A stretch of DNA of 64,000 bases from Steroidobacteraceae bacterium. GTDB taxonomy: Bacteria; Chloroflexota; Limnocylindria; QHBO01. The number at the start of each line of letters is the position of its first letter. Positions within the stretch are counted from its first letter, which is position 1. The notes beneath the pieces are model-generated. The model ran no database searches. It was not told the origin of the DNA and was given only the letters and a program-made list of their open reading frames with translations. The DNA lies in the NCBI GenBank assembly GCA_025935615.1, contig JAICUY010000001.1:688-64687 (forward strand), read 5' to 3'. This document shows, piece by piece, positions 54,914 through 64,000 of the stretch. The position numbers and the translations under genes are program-made.

Positions 54914-56650
54914 TCAGGCGGGCACGAGTGTGGTGAGCGCGTCCGCGACCATCTCCTCGAGGCGCGGCAGGCCGCTCTCGGCATCGGCCAGGTGCAGGCG
55001 AATCGCTCGGCGCTGGCGTCGCTGCAGCGACTGCAGGTCGCCGAGCGCCTGGGCCGCGATCAGCATGCCGAAGGTCTCGTCCCAACCGGGGATCGGCAGG
55101 TCCTTGCGCGGTTCCGCGGTGATCTGCAGGTAGAGGCCGCTCGCAGGCCCGCCCTTGTGCAGCTGTCCGGTCGAATGCAGGAATCGCGGGCCGAAGCCGA
55201 GCGTCGTGGCGATGCCGAGCGAATCGCGGACACGGGCGCGGACTCGCTGCAGCAACGCCTCGGTGTCGCGGTCCTGGGGCAGGTAGGCGAGCAGCGCGAA
55301 ATAGTCGCCTGCCTGCGACGACGCCAGCAGCTGGCGGATTCCGCCCTCGACGGTGACCGGCGTGTCGCCGATGGCCGCGGCGTCGGCGTAGAGCGCCATG
55401 CCCTCCGTCGCCACCAGCGGCGCCGACGTCCGCAGGTTGCCACTGTCGCGTGCCTCTGCAAGCAGCTGTTTGGTGGCGTCCTTGCTCTCCTGGACGTTGG
55501 GCTGGTCGAATGGATCGATGCCCAGCACCATGCCCGCGGCAGCCGTCGCCACCTCCCAGCGCACGAACTCCCCGCCGACGTCGACGGATGCCGGCAGCTG
55601 GATGTGGAGGAAGGGATGGCCGAGCTCAACGAGGCTGTCCTCCAGGCGCTGCCATTCGGTGTCCGGCTCGTCGGCAAGGGTGACGAGCACGAAGCAGCGG
55701 TCGTCACCGTAGGCGGCCGGCTCGCCGATCGGCTCGCCCACGACCGGGATGATCCCCGTCCCCTGCTTGCCGGTGCTTTCGGCCAGCAGCTGCTCGGCCC
55801 AGTCACCGAAGCTCGCCAGCCTCGATGAGGTGAAGATCGTCAGCTTGTTGCGTCCGGCACGCGCGGCCTCGCCGATGTAGGCGCCCAGCCGCAACCCCGG
55901 GTTCTCGTCCGGCAGCCGCCGACAGCGCTCGGCCATGTCGACGGCGCGCGACAGAAGCGCACCGATGTCGACGCCGTGGAGCACCGCCGGCACCAGCCCG
56001 AAGACGGTCAGCGCGGAGTAGCGGCCGCCGACGTCCGGCGGTGCCTCGACGATGGCGCGAAACTCCTGGGCGCGGGCAAGGTCGGCCAGCGCCGTGCCGG
56101 GATCGGTGATGGCGATGAAGTCGAGCGCCGGCGCCTCGGCGCCCATGGCGGCATGGAAGGCGTTCGGCTCGGTGGTGGTCCCCGACTTCGAGCTCACCAG
56201 GAAGATGGTCCGCGCCGCGGTCGCCCACTCGCGGAAGCCGCGCACGGCATCGGGATGGGTCGAATCCAGGATGCGCAGCTCGAGGCCGCCACTTCCCGGT
56301 GCCGCGGCCCCGCCGCCGAAGCCGAAGACCCGGCTGAAGAGCTCCGGCGCCAGCGATGAACCGCCCATGCCCAGCACCGCGGCGCGCGTGTACCCGTCGG
56401 CGCGCACCGCATCGGCGAGATGTGTCAGCTCGCCGACGCGTTCTGACATGTCGTGCGGAAGGTCGAGCCATCCGAGCCAGGCGGCCAGCACATCGGGCGG
56501 CTTCCCCGAAGCCGCCCACAGCGATCCATCCTTATGCCAGAGGCGTTCCGCGACCCCCGCATCGGTCCAGGCCTGCAGGCGGTCCGCGATCGCGGAGCCA
56601 AGGCTGTCGCCCACCGTGCGGTCGACTCGCTCGGTCATCGGTCCGGTCAC
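54914..56650 (-). CDS. pgi: Glucose-6-phosphate isomerase
   Basis: PGI signatures DVGGRYSALTVFG and DPFDQPNVQESK. Confidence 0.82.
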   Translation of the reverse strand: MTGPMTERVDRTVGDSLGSAIADRLQAWTDAGVAERLWHKDGSLWAASGKPPDVLAAWLGWLDLPHDMSERVGELTHLADAVRADGYTRAAVLGMGGSSLAPELFSRVFGFGGGAAAPGSGGLELRILDSTHPDAVRGFREWATAARTIFLVSSKSGTTTEPNAFHAAMGAEAPALDFIAITDPGTALADLARAQEFRAIVEAPPDVGGRYSALTVFGLVPAVLHGVDIGALLSRAVDMAERCRRLPDENPGLRLGAYIGEAARAGRNKLTIFTSSRLASFGDWAEQLLAESTGKQGTGIIPVVGEPIGEPAAYGDDRCFVLVTLADEPDTEWQRLEDSLVELGHPFLHIQLPASVDVGGEFVRWEVATAAAGMVLGIDPFDQPNVQESKDATKQLLAEARDSGNLRTSAPLVATEGMALYADAAAIGDTPVTVEGGIRQLLASSQAGDYFALLAYLPQDRDTEALLQRVRARVRDSLGIATTLGFGPRFLHSTGQLHKGGPASGLYLQITAEPRKDLPIPGWDETFGMLIAAQALGDLQSLQRRQRRAIRLHLADAESGLPRLEEMVADALTTLVPA

Positions 56651-57750
56651 GCCGTCGCGAGGGCCTTCCGCTGGCTGTCGATGGTCTCGAGGAGGTCGTC
56701 AACCGACTTGGCGAACGCTTCCACGCCCTCCTCGATCAGCTCGTCGGTGACGTTTTCCATGTCGATGCCCTGTGCGCCCAGGTCGCGCAGCACGCGCCGA
56801 GCGTCATCCACGTCGCGGTCGACCGTGCGCTGCACGTTGCCGTGATCCAGGAAGGCTTCGATGGTGTCCAGCGGCATGGTGTCGACCGTCTCCGGTCCGA
56901 TCAGCTCCTCGACATACAGCACGTCGCGGTAGGCGGGGTTCTTGGTCGAGGTGCTGGCCCACAGGCAGCGCTGCACCTGGGCCCCCGCGCTGCGCAGCTC
57001 CTCGAAGCCGTTGCCATGGAAGATGTCCAGGTAGGCCTGGTAGGCCATCTTTGCGTTGGCCACCGCGGCGCGACCCTTCAGATCGTCGCCTCCGTTGCTG
57101 CTCGACGCGTCGAGCCGCTTGTCAACCTTGGTGTCGACCCGGCTGACGAAGAAGCTGGCGACCGATGCGATCCGATCGATCGGCTCGCCCCTGGCGCGGC
57201 GCTGCTTCAGCCCTTCGACGTAGGCGTTCGCCACCCGCTTGTAGACGTCGACGCTGAACATCAGCGTGACGTTGATGTTGATGCCCTCGGCGATGCAGGC
57301 GGTGATGGCCGGGACGCCTGCCTCGGTCGCCGGGATCTTGATGAAGACATTCGGCCGACCGAGCCGGGTCCACAGGTGCTTGGCGCGCTCGATGGTGCGG
57401 TCGGTATCGTCGGCCAGCGCCGGCTCGACCTCGATCGAGGCGAAGCCATCCGTCCCCTGCGACTCGTCGTAGACCCGCCGCAGCTTGTCGGCGGCGTCGC
57501 CGACGTCGGCGACCGCGATCTCCTCGAAGATCTGCTCGTTGGAGTGGCCGTTGTCGATCTCGCGGCGGATGAGCTCGTCGTACTGGCCGCTGGCGACCGC
57601 CTTGCCGAAGATGGTCGGATTGCTGGTCAGGCCGCGGATGCCGGTGTCGATCATCTCGTCCAGGCGGCCGGTGGTGATGAGCTCACGGTCGATGAAATCG
57701 ATCCACGGGCTCTGGTCCTGTTCGGCGTGAAGCCGCTGCAACGTGTTCAT
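56647..57750 (-). CDS. tal: Transaldolase (actinobacterial long type)
   Basis: GLTSNPTIF and FIKIPAT (Schiff-base Lys region). 367 aa. Confidence 0.9.
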   Translation of the reverse strand: MNTLQRLHAEQDQSPWIDFIDRELITTGRLDEMIDTGIRGLTSNPTIFGKAVASGQYDELIRREIDNGHSNEQIFEEIAVADVGDAADKLRRVYDESQGTDGFASIEVEPALADDTDRTIERAKHLWTRLGRPNVFIKIPATEAGVPAITACIAEGININVTLMFSVDVYKRVANAYVEGLKQRRARGEPIDRIASVASFFVSRVDTKVDKRLDASSSNGGDDLKGRAAVANAKMAYQAYLDIFHGNGFEELRSAGAQVQRCLWASTSTKNPAYRDVLYVEELIGPETVDTMPLDTIEAFLDHGNVQRTVDRDVDDARRVLRDLGAQGIDMENVTDELIEEGVEAFAKSVDDLLETIDSQRKALATA

Positions 57751-57777
57751 GTGTGTCTCTCCTCGGATGGTTCGGCT

Positions 57778-59634
57778 TCAGCTCGCGGCGGATACCGCCT
57801 CGCGCACCAGGGCGCGGGCAGTGTCGGCGATATGGGGTGCGTCAATGCCGGCCGCGGCCAGCTGCTCGGCAGGCGTCGCCGAGCCGGGCATGTGATCGAC
57901 TGCCAGCTTCACGATGCGCGGCCGCTCGTCGCTGTCGGCGAAGACCTCCAGCACCGCGTCGCCCAGCCCGCCCTGCGGCCAGTGATCCTCGATCGTCACC
58001 AGGCGCCCGGTGTCGCGCGCCGCGACCCGCAGCGTCTCGACGTCGATCGGCTTGACGCTGTACAGGTCGATGACGCGGGCGTTGATGCCATCGTCGCGCA
58101 ACGCATCCGCCGCCTTCATCGCTTCGTGGAGCGTGATGCCGGCCCCGATCAGGGTGACCTGGTCGTCATCGGTCTGGCGAACGACCTTGCTGCCGCCGAC
58201 ATGGAACTCCTCGTCGGGCGAATAGATGACCGGCGTCTTCTCGCGGGTGGTGCGCAGAAAGACGATCCCGTCGCGGTCCGCCATCTCCGCCACCAGCCGC
58301 GCCGTCTGGTTCGGGTCGCTGGGATACAGCACCGTCGATCCGTACACCGCCCGCAGGCTGGCGATGTCCTCGAGCGCCATCTGCGACGGCCCGTCCTCGC
58401 CGATGCTGACCCCGGCGTGCGAACCGACAAGCCGGATATCGGCCTGGCTGATGGCGCCCATGCGCACGAAGTCGTAGGCGCGCGACAGGAAGGCCGCGAA
58501 GGTGCTGGCGTACGGGCGCCAGCCTCGCACCTGCATGCCGACCGCCGCCGCCACCATCTGCTGCTCGGCGATGTACATCTCGAAGTAGCGCTCGGGGTGC
58601 GCCTTCTTGAAGATCTCGGAGTAGGTGGAGTTGCTCACCTCGCCGTCGAGCGCCACGACCTTGCCGTTGGCGCTGCCCAGCGCCGCCAGCGCGTCGCCGT
58701 AGGCCTTGCGGACCGCTTCCTTGCCGCCGAGCTCGTAGCGCGGCAGCTCCAGGCTGCCTGATGTCTCGAACACATGCGGCGTACCGTCGGAGGCGGGCTT
58801 GGGAACGTGGACGCTGATGTTGCGCTCGCCGCCGAGAGCCTTGATCGCCTCGTCCGGGTTCGGCACCACCTTGCCGTGGGCGCCGTTCTGGTTCTCGACG
58901 GCCGGGTCGCCCTTGCCCTTGATCGTCTTGGCGATGACCACGCTGGGTTGGTCAGAGACCGATGCGGCCTCGCCGAACGCCCGGTCGACCGCCTCCACGT
59001 CGTGGCCGTCGACCTCGACGGCGTGCCAGCCGCACGCCTCGAAGCGATTGCGGTAGTAGTCGAGGTTCCAGCCGTGCATCGTCTCGCCGGTCTGACCCAG
59101 GCGGTTGACATCGATGATCGCGGTCAGGTTGTCAAGCTTGTTGAAGGCCGCGTGCTCGATCGCCTCCCACATCGATCCCTCGGCCATCTCGGAGTCGCCG
59201 CACAGCACCCAGATGTGGTACGGGAGCCGGTCGAGGCGCTTGCCGGCGAGTGCCACGCCGACGCCGACCGGCAGACCCTGGCCGAGGCTGCCGGTCGCCA
59301 CGTCCACCCACGGGATGACCGGAGTGGGATGGCCCTGCAGCCGGCTGCCCTGCTCGCGGAAGGTGAGCAGCTCCGCGTCGGACACAGCCCCCGCAGCCTT
59401 GTAGATCGAGTACAGCAGCGGGGATGCGTGGCCCTTGCTGAAGATGAGGTGGTCGTTGTTCGGGTTCTCGGGATGGTCGAAGTCGTAGTGCAGGTACTTC
59501 GACATGAGCACCGCCATGAGGTCCGCCGCGGACATCGAGGAGGTCGGGTGGCCGGACCCGGCGGCCGCGCTGGCTCGGATGGAATCGACGCGCAGCTGCT
59601 GGCCCAGCTCGCGCCACTGGTCGAGGTCGTTCAT
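57778..59634 (-). CDS. tkt: Transketolase
   Basis: SGHPTSSMSAADL, GSLGQGLPVGVG, GEDGPSQMALED. Confidence 0.95.
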   Translation of the reverse strand: MNDLDQWRELGQQLRVDSIRASAAAGSGHPTSSMSAADLMAVLMSKYLHYDFDHPENPNNDHLIFSKGHASPLLYSIYKAAGAVSDAELLTFREQGSRLQGHPTPVIPWVDVATGSLGQGLPVGVGVALAGKRLDRLPYHIWVLCGDSEMAEGSMWEAIEHAAFNKLDNLTAIIDVNRLGQTGETMHGWNLDYYRNRFEACGWHAVEVDGHDVEAVDRAFGEAASVSDQPSVVIAKTIKGKGDPAVENQNGAHGKVVPNPDEAIKALGGERNISVHVPKPASDGTPHVFETSGSLELPRYELGGKEAVRKAYGDALAALGSANGKVVALDGEVSNSTYSEIFKKAHPERYFEMYIAEQQMVAAAVGMQVRGWRPYASTFAAFLSRAYDFVRMGAISQADIRLVGSHAGVSIGEDGPSQMALEDIASLRAVYGSTVLYPSDPNQTARLVAEMADRDGIVFLRTTREKTPVIYSPDEEFHVGGSKVVRQTDDDQVTLIGAGITLHEAMKAADALRDDGINARVIDLYSVKPIDVETLRVAARDTGRLVTIEDHWPQGGLGDAVLEVFADSDERPRIVKLAVDHMPGSATPAEQLAAAGIDAPHIADTARALVREAVSAAS

Positions 59635-59940
59635 ATGCCGTTCAGGCTCCGCAAGTTATCTGCCGCATCTCGTCATTGGATACGCCTCAATGATACGAGT
59701 CCGGCCCCTCTTCGCCCGGCCGACCGCTCGGCCGCTGGGCCGGTGCGTCGGTCCCGACCGGCTGAAATGACTGACAGCCGGGGGCTCTCATGCGGTCTGG
59801 TCTCCCCGGGACTGAAACCGGCGGGTTTGACGGAGAACGTGGCTCATTCCGGGTGATCTCAGCTTCCAGCAGACTGATACGCACGAGAGCTTGCCTTTCC
59901 CGGTCATTTCAGCCCACACCGGATGAGACAGGCCGAACGG

Positions 59941-59976
59941 CAAACGAAAGGCGGCTCACCACGAAGGCGAGCCGCC
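59941..59976 (-). terminator. Intrinsic terminator-like hairpin after the zinc-ribbon gene
   Basis: On the minus strand: ggcggctc-(11 nt)-gagccgcc followed by tttcgtttg. Confidence 0.45.
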
Positions 59977-60001
59977 CGTATCGGTCCGGAAGGAGCAGGC
60001 G

Positions 60002-60331
60002 TCAGCCGCGCATCAGGCGGAAGCAGTCGCTGCAGTAGACCGGTCGCGCGCCGGTGGGGCGGAAGGGGACCTGGGTGTCCTTGCCGCATCGCGCGCACAC
60101 CGCGTCGAACATCTCGCGCGGACCGCGGCTGAAGCCGTTGCCAGCAGCGTAGCTGCCGTTGCCATAGCTCGTGCCACCGCCGTTGGTGGCGCGTCGCTGC
60201 GCCCGGCACGAGGAGCAACGCTTGGGCGCAGAGGCAAAGCCCTTCTGCGCGAAGAATTCCTGCTCGGATGCGGAGAAGACGAAGTCGATTCCGCAGTCGA
60301 CGCAGGTGAGCACCTGATCGGTGTAGGTCAC
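60002..60331 (-). CDS. Zinc-ribbon domain protein (two CxxC...CxxC units)
   Basis: CVDCGIDFVFSASEQEFFAQKGF..PKRCSSC and CARCGKDTQVPFRPTGARPVYCSDC. The GTG start is preceded by GGGAGG. Confidence 0.7.
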   Translation of the reverse strand: MTYTDQVLTCVDCGIDFVFSASEQEFFAQKGFASAPKRCSSCRAQRRATNGGGTSYGNGSYAAGNGFSRGPREMFDAVCARCGKDTQVPFRPTGARPVYCSDCFRLMRG

Positions 60332-60574
60332 GAAGGACCCCTCCCATGAAGTTGTTCCACGCCGAGGTGCACACGCCCGTCGACGGCGCCGATCACGGTT
60401 CTTGCCGCTACCCCGTGATCCGACGCGTGGGACGTGCTGGGAGGGGGACGGAAGCGTTCCTGCTGGCGCCGCTCGGGGCGACCCGACGCGCCGGAGTATA
60501 CGCACGCACCCTGCGAGCGCAAGAGGCAAGTTTCGAGCGTCCGCGCCGAGCGTCAGCTGAGCATCGGCTGACGG

Positions 60575-61159
60575 TCAGCCGAGCGTGACTCCGGCGGCCT
60601 CCATCTCGGCCAGCGCCCGCTCGCCGTCGTCGGGCCGCAGGTCCACCGCCGCGACCGCATCGGTCAGCAGGACGGTCTCGAAGCCGAGGCGCCGCGCGTC
60701 GAGCGCGGTGCCGCGCACGCAGTAGTCGGTGGCGAGTCCGCAGACCACGACTCGCTCGGCGTGGCGCTGGGCCAGCATGGCCACGAGCGCGGTCGGCGAC
60801 TCCTCGCCGCTCACCGGATCGCGCACCGTGAATGCGGAGTAGCCGTCCTCGCCGCCGATTCCCTTGCGGATACGCTCGCCCTCGACCCGCAGCGCCGGGT
60901 GCAGCTCGGCGCCCCACGTTCCCGCCACGCAGTGCACCGGCCAGATGCCGCCGTCCTTGGCAAAATGCGGCGTCGTCTCGGGGTGCCAGTCCTGGCTGTA
61001 GAACACGGCCGCGCCGGCTTCGCGAGCCTGCGCTACCTGATCGTTGACGCGACCGATGATCTCGTCACCGCCGCGCACCGCCAGGCTGCCCGCAGGATCG
61101 GCGAAATCGTTCTGGAGGTCGACCACCACCAGAGCGGTGCGGTCGTCGTAACCGATCAC
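60575..61159 (-). CDS. Isochorismatase-family hydrolase, nicotinamidase/pyrazinamidase-like
   Basis: ALVVVDLQNDFADP and catalytic Cys region VVCGLATDYCV. Confidence 0.8.
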   Translation of the reverse strand: MIGYDDRTALVVVDLQNDFADPAGSLAVRGGDEIIGRVNDQVAQAREAGAAVFYSQDWHPETTPHFAKDGGIWPVHCVAGTWGAELHPALRVEGERIRKGIGGEDGYSAFTVRDPVSGEESPTALVAMLAQRHAERVVVCGLATDYCVRGTALDARRLGFETVLLTDAVAAVDLRPDDGERALAEMEAAGVTLG

Positions 61160-61214
61160 TCCGCCATCTTACCGATGCGCTGGCGACGGCCACGCGCAGT
61201 AGCATTCGAAGCGC

Positions 61215-61934
61215 ATGCAGCCGCTCATTCCTCGACGCCGGCTTCGCTGTGCCGCGATGGTCGTGGTCACGGCAGTGTTGGCCGGCTGCGCACCCGCCCC
61301 GGTGACGGTGCAGGGCCAGGGCGTCTCGTCGCTGTACTGGCTGTTCATGGCCGGCGCCGCCCTGGTCTTCGTGGTCGTGGCGGGGCTCATCGGCTGGAGC
61401 ATCGTGCGCTACCGCGCCACGCCGGACAACGGGCCGCCATCCGACTTCCACACCAATGTCCGGCTCGAGCTGGTGTGGTGGGCTCTGCCGACGCTGCTGG
61501 TCATCGGCCTCTTCGCCGTGAGCGCGCGCGTGCTGGCCGACGTGGACCGGCACGGGGACGCATCGGCCCTGACGGTGCAGGTCGAAGCCTTCCAGTGGCA
61601 GTGGCGGTTCAGCTATCCCGACGGCGGGCCGACCATCACCGGGCAGCTCGACCAGCCGCCGCAGGTGGTGCTGCCGATCGGCCGCGAGATCACGTTCGAG
61701 CTGACCTCGCCCGACGTCATCCACTCGTTCTACGTCCCCGAGTTCCTGATCAAGCGTGACGCCGTACCGGGGATCAGGAACGCCATCACGCTCACCATCG
61801 ACCGCCCCGGCACCTACACGGGGCAGTGCGCCGAGTTCTGCGGCCTGCTCCACAGCGACATGCGCTTCAGCATCCGCGCCGTCGACCAGGGCGCGTTCGA
61901 CGCCTGGCTGCGCCAGCAGGGAGGAGGCTCATGA
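61215..61934 (+). CDS. ctaC: Cytochrome c oxidase subunit II
   Basis: CuA site HSFYVPEF...[12 protein letters not shown]. Confidence 0.9.
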   Translation: MQPLIPRRRLRCAAMVVVTAVLAGCAPAPVTVQGQGVSSLYWLFMAGAALVFVVVAGLIGWSIVRYRATPDNGPPSDFHTNVRLELVWWALPTLLVIGLFAVSARVLADVDRHGDASALTVQVEAFQWQWRFSYPDGGPTITGQLDQPPQVVLPIGREITFELTSPDVIHSFYVPEFLIKRDAVPGIRNAITLTIDRPGTYTGQCAEFCGLLHSDMRFSIRAVDQGAFDAWLRQQGGGS

Positions 61935-63589
61935 CCACCGCCGAGCTCGAGCGGCCCGCGCTGACGCCGCACCCCGTCGAGCGCACCGGAATCGTCGACT
62001 ACGTGACCACCACCGACCACAAGAAGATCGGCCTGCTCTACATCTTCTCGGGGCTCGCGTTCTTCATCCTGTCCGGGATCCTGTCGCTCTTCATGCGGGC
62101 CGAGCTGACCGTTCCCGGACTTCAGTTCCTGGATCGCGGAACGTACAACCAGCTGTTCACCATGCACGGCACCGGGATGATCTTCTTCTTCGCCGCGCCG
62201 GTGGCCATTGGCCTCGCCAATTACTTCATTCCGCTCCAGATCGGCTCGCCGGACGTCGCTTTCCCGCGGGTCAACGCGTTCAGCTACTGGCTGTTCCTGT
62301 TCGGCGCGCTGACCGCCTTCTCGGGCTTCCTCACCGCCAATGGGGCGGCGGCCTTCGGCTGGACCGGCTATGCGCCGCTGTCGGACACGACCTGGTCCCC
62401 GGGCACCGGCGCGAACCTGTGGATCATGGGGCTGATCATGACCGGCACCTCCGGAATCCTGGGTGCCGTCAACTTCATCGGCACCACCTTCACCATGCGC
62501 GCGCCCGGGATGACCATGTTCCGCCTGCCCGTCTTCACCTGGAACATCCTGGTGATGAGCCTGCTCATCATGCTCACCTTCCCGGTGCTGACCTCCGCGC
62601 TGGCCATGCTCTTCATCGACCGCACGCTGGGCGGCGCCTTCTTCGAACCGGCGCAGGGCGGCAGCGCCATCCTGTGGCAGCACCTCTTCTGGTTCTTCGG
62701 CCACCCAGAGGTGTACATCCTCATCCTGCCCTTCTTCGGGATCGTGACCGAGATCATCCCGGTGTTCAGCGGCAAGCGCGTGTTCGGCTACCGGGGCTTC
62801 GTCTTCGCCACCATGCTCATCGGGGCGCTGTCGTTCAGCGTGTGGGCGCACCACATGTTCACCACCGGTGTCGTCAGCACCCTGTTCTTCGCCATCACCT
62901 CGATGATGATCGCCATTCCCACCGGCGTGAAGTTCTTCAACTGGATCGCCACCATGTGGCGTGGCCGGCTGCGCTTCGCCACGCCGATGCTGTTCTCGAT
63001 CGGTTTCCTGTTCATGTTCCTGGTCGGCGGCATCACCGGGCCGTTCCTGGCCTCGCCGGCGATCGACTACGCGGTCCATGACACCTACTACGTGGTCGCC
63101 CATTTCCACTACGTGCTGTTCGGCGGCTCGGTCTTCGCCGCGTTTGCGGGCTTCTATTTCTGGATGCCGAAGATGACCGGGCGGCTGCTCTCGGAGCGCC
63201 TGGGCCGATGGCACTTCTGGCTGATGCTGATCGGCATGAACCTCACCTTCTTCCCGATGCACCAGCTGGGTCTGGACGGCATGCCGCGTCGAGTCGCGGA
63301 CTACCCTGCGGGCGAGACGGCCTGGACCGATCTCAACATCCTGATCAGCGTCGGCGCCACGATCCTTGCGCTGTCGATCGCGATCTTCGCCCTCAACGTG
63401 GTGCTGTCGGTCTTCATGCGGCGCGGCGCGGTGGCGGCCAATGATCCATGGGGCGGCTACTCGCTCGAGTGGTGGACCACCTCTCCCCCGCCGCACCACA
63501 ACTTCACCTCCCTGCCGCCCATCCGCAGCGAGCGGCCGGTGTACGACGCGCGCCGGCACGAGACCGATCCGGGACCGCCGAATGGCTGA
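61931..63589 (+). CDS. ctaD: Cytochrome c oxidase subunit I
   Basis: ATG overlaps the ctaC stop (ATGA). [29 protein letters not shown]. Confidence 0.95.
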   Translation: MTTAELERPALTPHPVERTGIVDYVTTTDHKKIGLLYIFSGLAFFILSGILSLFMRAELTVPGLQFLDRGTYNQLFTMHGTGMIFFFAAPVAIGLANYFIPLQIGSPDVAFPRVNAFSYWLFLFGALTAFSGFLTANGAAAFGWTGYAPLSDTTWSPGTGANLWIMGLIMTGTSGILGAVNFIGTTFTMRAPGMTMFRLPVFTWNILVMSLLIMLTFPVLTSALAMLFIDRTLGGAFFEPAQGGSAILWQHLFWFFGHPEVYILILPFFGIVTEIIPVFSGKRVFGYRGFVFATMLIGALSFSVWAHHMFTTGVVSTLFFAITSMMIAIPTGVKFFNWIATMWRGRLRFATPMLFSIGFLFMFLVGGITGPFLASPAIDYAVHDTYYVVAHFHYVLFGGSVFAAFAGFYFWMPKMTGRLLSERLGRWHFWLMLIGMNLTFFPMHQLGLDGMPRRVADYPAGETAWTDLNILISVGATILALSIAIFALNVVLSVFMRRGAVAANDPWGGYSLEWWTTSPPPHHNFTSLPPIRSERPVYDARRHETDPGPPNG

Positions 63590-63594
63590 ACGGC

Positions 63595-64000
63595 ATGGCT
63601 GAGGAGCTCCGCTTCTTCCTGCGCACAGGCGCCTACTCGATCGTGGTTGGCGGCGTCTACTGGTTTGTCAGCTACGAAGTCGCCGGCAGCCTGCTGCTGC
63701 TGTTCGTGGTTTTCTCGTCGCTCGTCTTTGTCGGCGTCGCCGCCGCCTTCGTGCGGCAGGCACGCAACGAGATCGTCCCCGACGACACCGCGGGGCTCGG
63801 ACGCGTGCTGGGGGCGGTGAACCGCGTCTTCGGCTTCGAGGAGCATCGATCCGCCGCCGGGACCGATCCGCTGGCTGCCGGACTGGAGCCGATACCGACC
63901 GGCAGCCTGTGGCCGCTCGTCGCGGGCATCGCCGCACTCCTGCTGCTGCTCGGCCTCGTCTATGGGCCGTGGCTGCTGCTGCCGGGCATCGTCCTGGCCG
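63595..64000 (+). CDS. ctaF: Probable cytochrome c oxidase subunit IV (actinobacterial CtaF-like), 3' end outside the window
   Basis: Open reading frame from the ATG just after ctaD: MAEELRFFLRTGAYSIVVGGVYWFVSYE..., with hydrophobic helices. It is not in the track because it has no stop inside the window. Confidence 0.55.
   Translation, partial: MAEELRFFLRTGAYSIVVGGVYWFVSYEVAGSLLLLFVVFSSLVFVGVAAAFVRQARNEIVPDDTAGLGRVLGAVNRVFGFEEHRSAAGTDPLAAGLEPIPTGSLWPLVAGIAALLLLLGLVYGPWLLLPGIVLA

Noticed and set aside
54841-55085. Apparent single-base frameshifts in gnd/pgi when I translated the printed bases by hand.
   Set aside because: The ORF track shows uninterrupted, mutually consistent ORFs in several frames here. 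The discrepancy is therefore most likely my own base-reading error at line boundaries. I used track-frame arithmetic for coordinates and flag hand-derived coordinates as +/-1-2 nt.
59821-59900. Possible TPP riboswitch upstream of transketolase. A CUGAGA element is present on the minus strand.
   Set aside because: Only the short CUGAGA match is present. The conserved ACCUGAUCUGGAUAAUGCCAGCG-type pyrimidine-sensor helix is absent.

Overview
High-GC (about 70%) window with actinobacterial-type context: an opcA-containing pentose-phosphate operon and ctaC-ctaD-ctaF. I saw no rRNA, tRNA, CRISPR array, transposase or integrase. Housekeeping blocks are a GH15 fragment, Rieske/ALDH, an M20 peptidase, fabD plus two ketosynthases, cysS, putA-like PRODH, an 8-gene PPP operon (tkt-tal-pgi-gnd-zwf-opcA-pgl plus a small membrane gene) and cytochrome oxidase. 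Accessory blocks are a surface-protein island (CWB2-repeat, beta-helix, LPXTG-like and Ig-repeat proteins) and a roughly 14 kb glycan locus (28.6-42.8 kb). That locus encodes a complete GDP-heptose-type pathway carried partly on fusion proteins, several glycosyltransferases, a flippase and a sulfotransferase. The main finding is a lasso-peptide (RiPP) gene cluster at about 11.3-19.6 kb. Its 48-aa precursor gene (11418-11564) is absent from the ORF track. The leader matches the YxxPxLx3Gx5Tx recognition pattern exactly. The predicted core starts with Asp, can only close a 7-residue ring (Asp7) and ends in Ser. Around it lie the cyclase, a PqqD-like RRE, the B2 peptidase, an HPr-kinase-like kinase, an ABC-2 exporter, a PF14907-type nucleotidyltransferase, and an unusual fusion of a degenerate nucleotidyltransferase-like domain to a HemK/PrmC-like (NLPY) methyltransferase. 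This predicts a multiply tailored (phospho, possibly glycosyl or nucleotidyl, and methyl) lasso peptide of a type I do not know to be characterised. Many long ORFs antisense to real genes are GC-driven artefacts. Coordinates I derived by reading bases myself, rather than from the ORF track, may be off by 1-2 nt.
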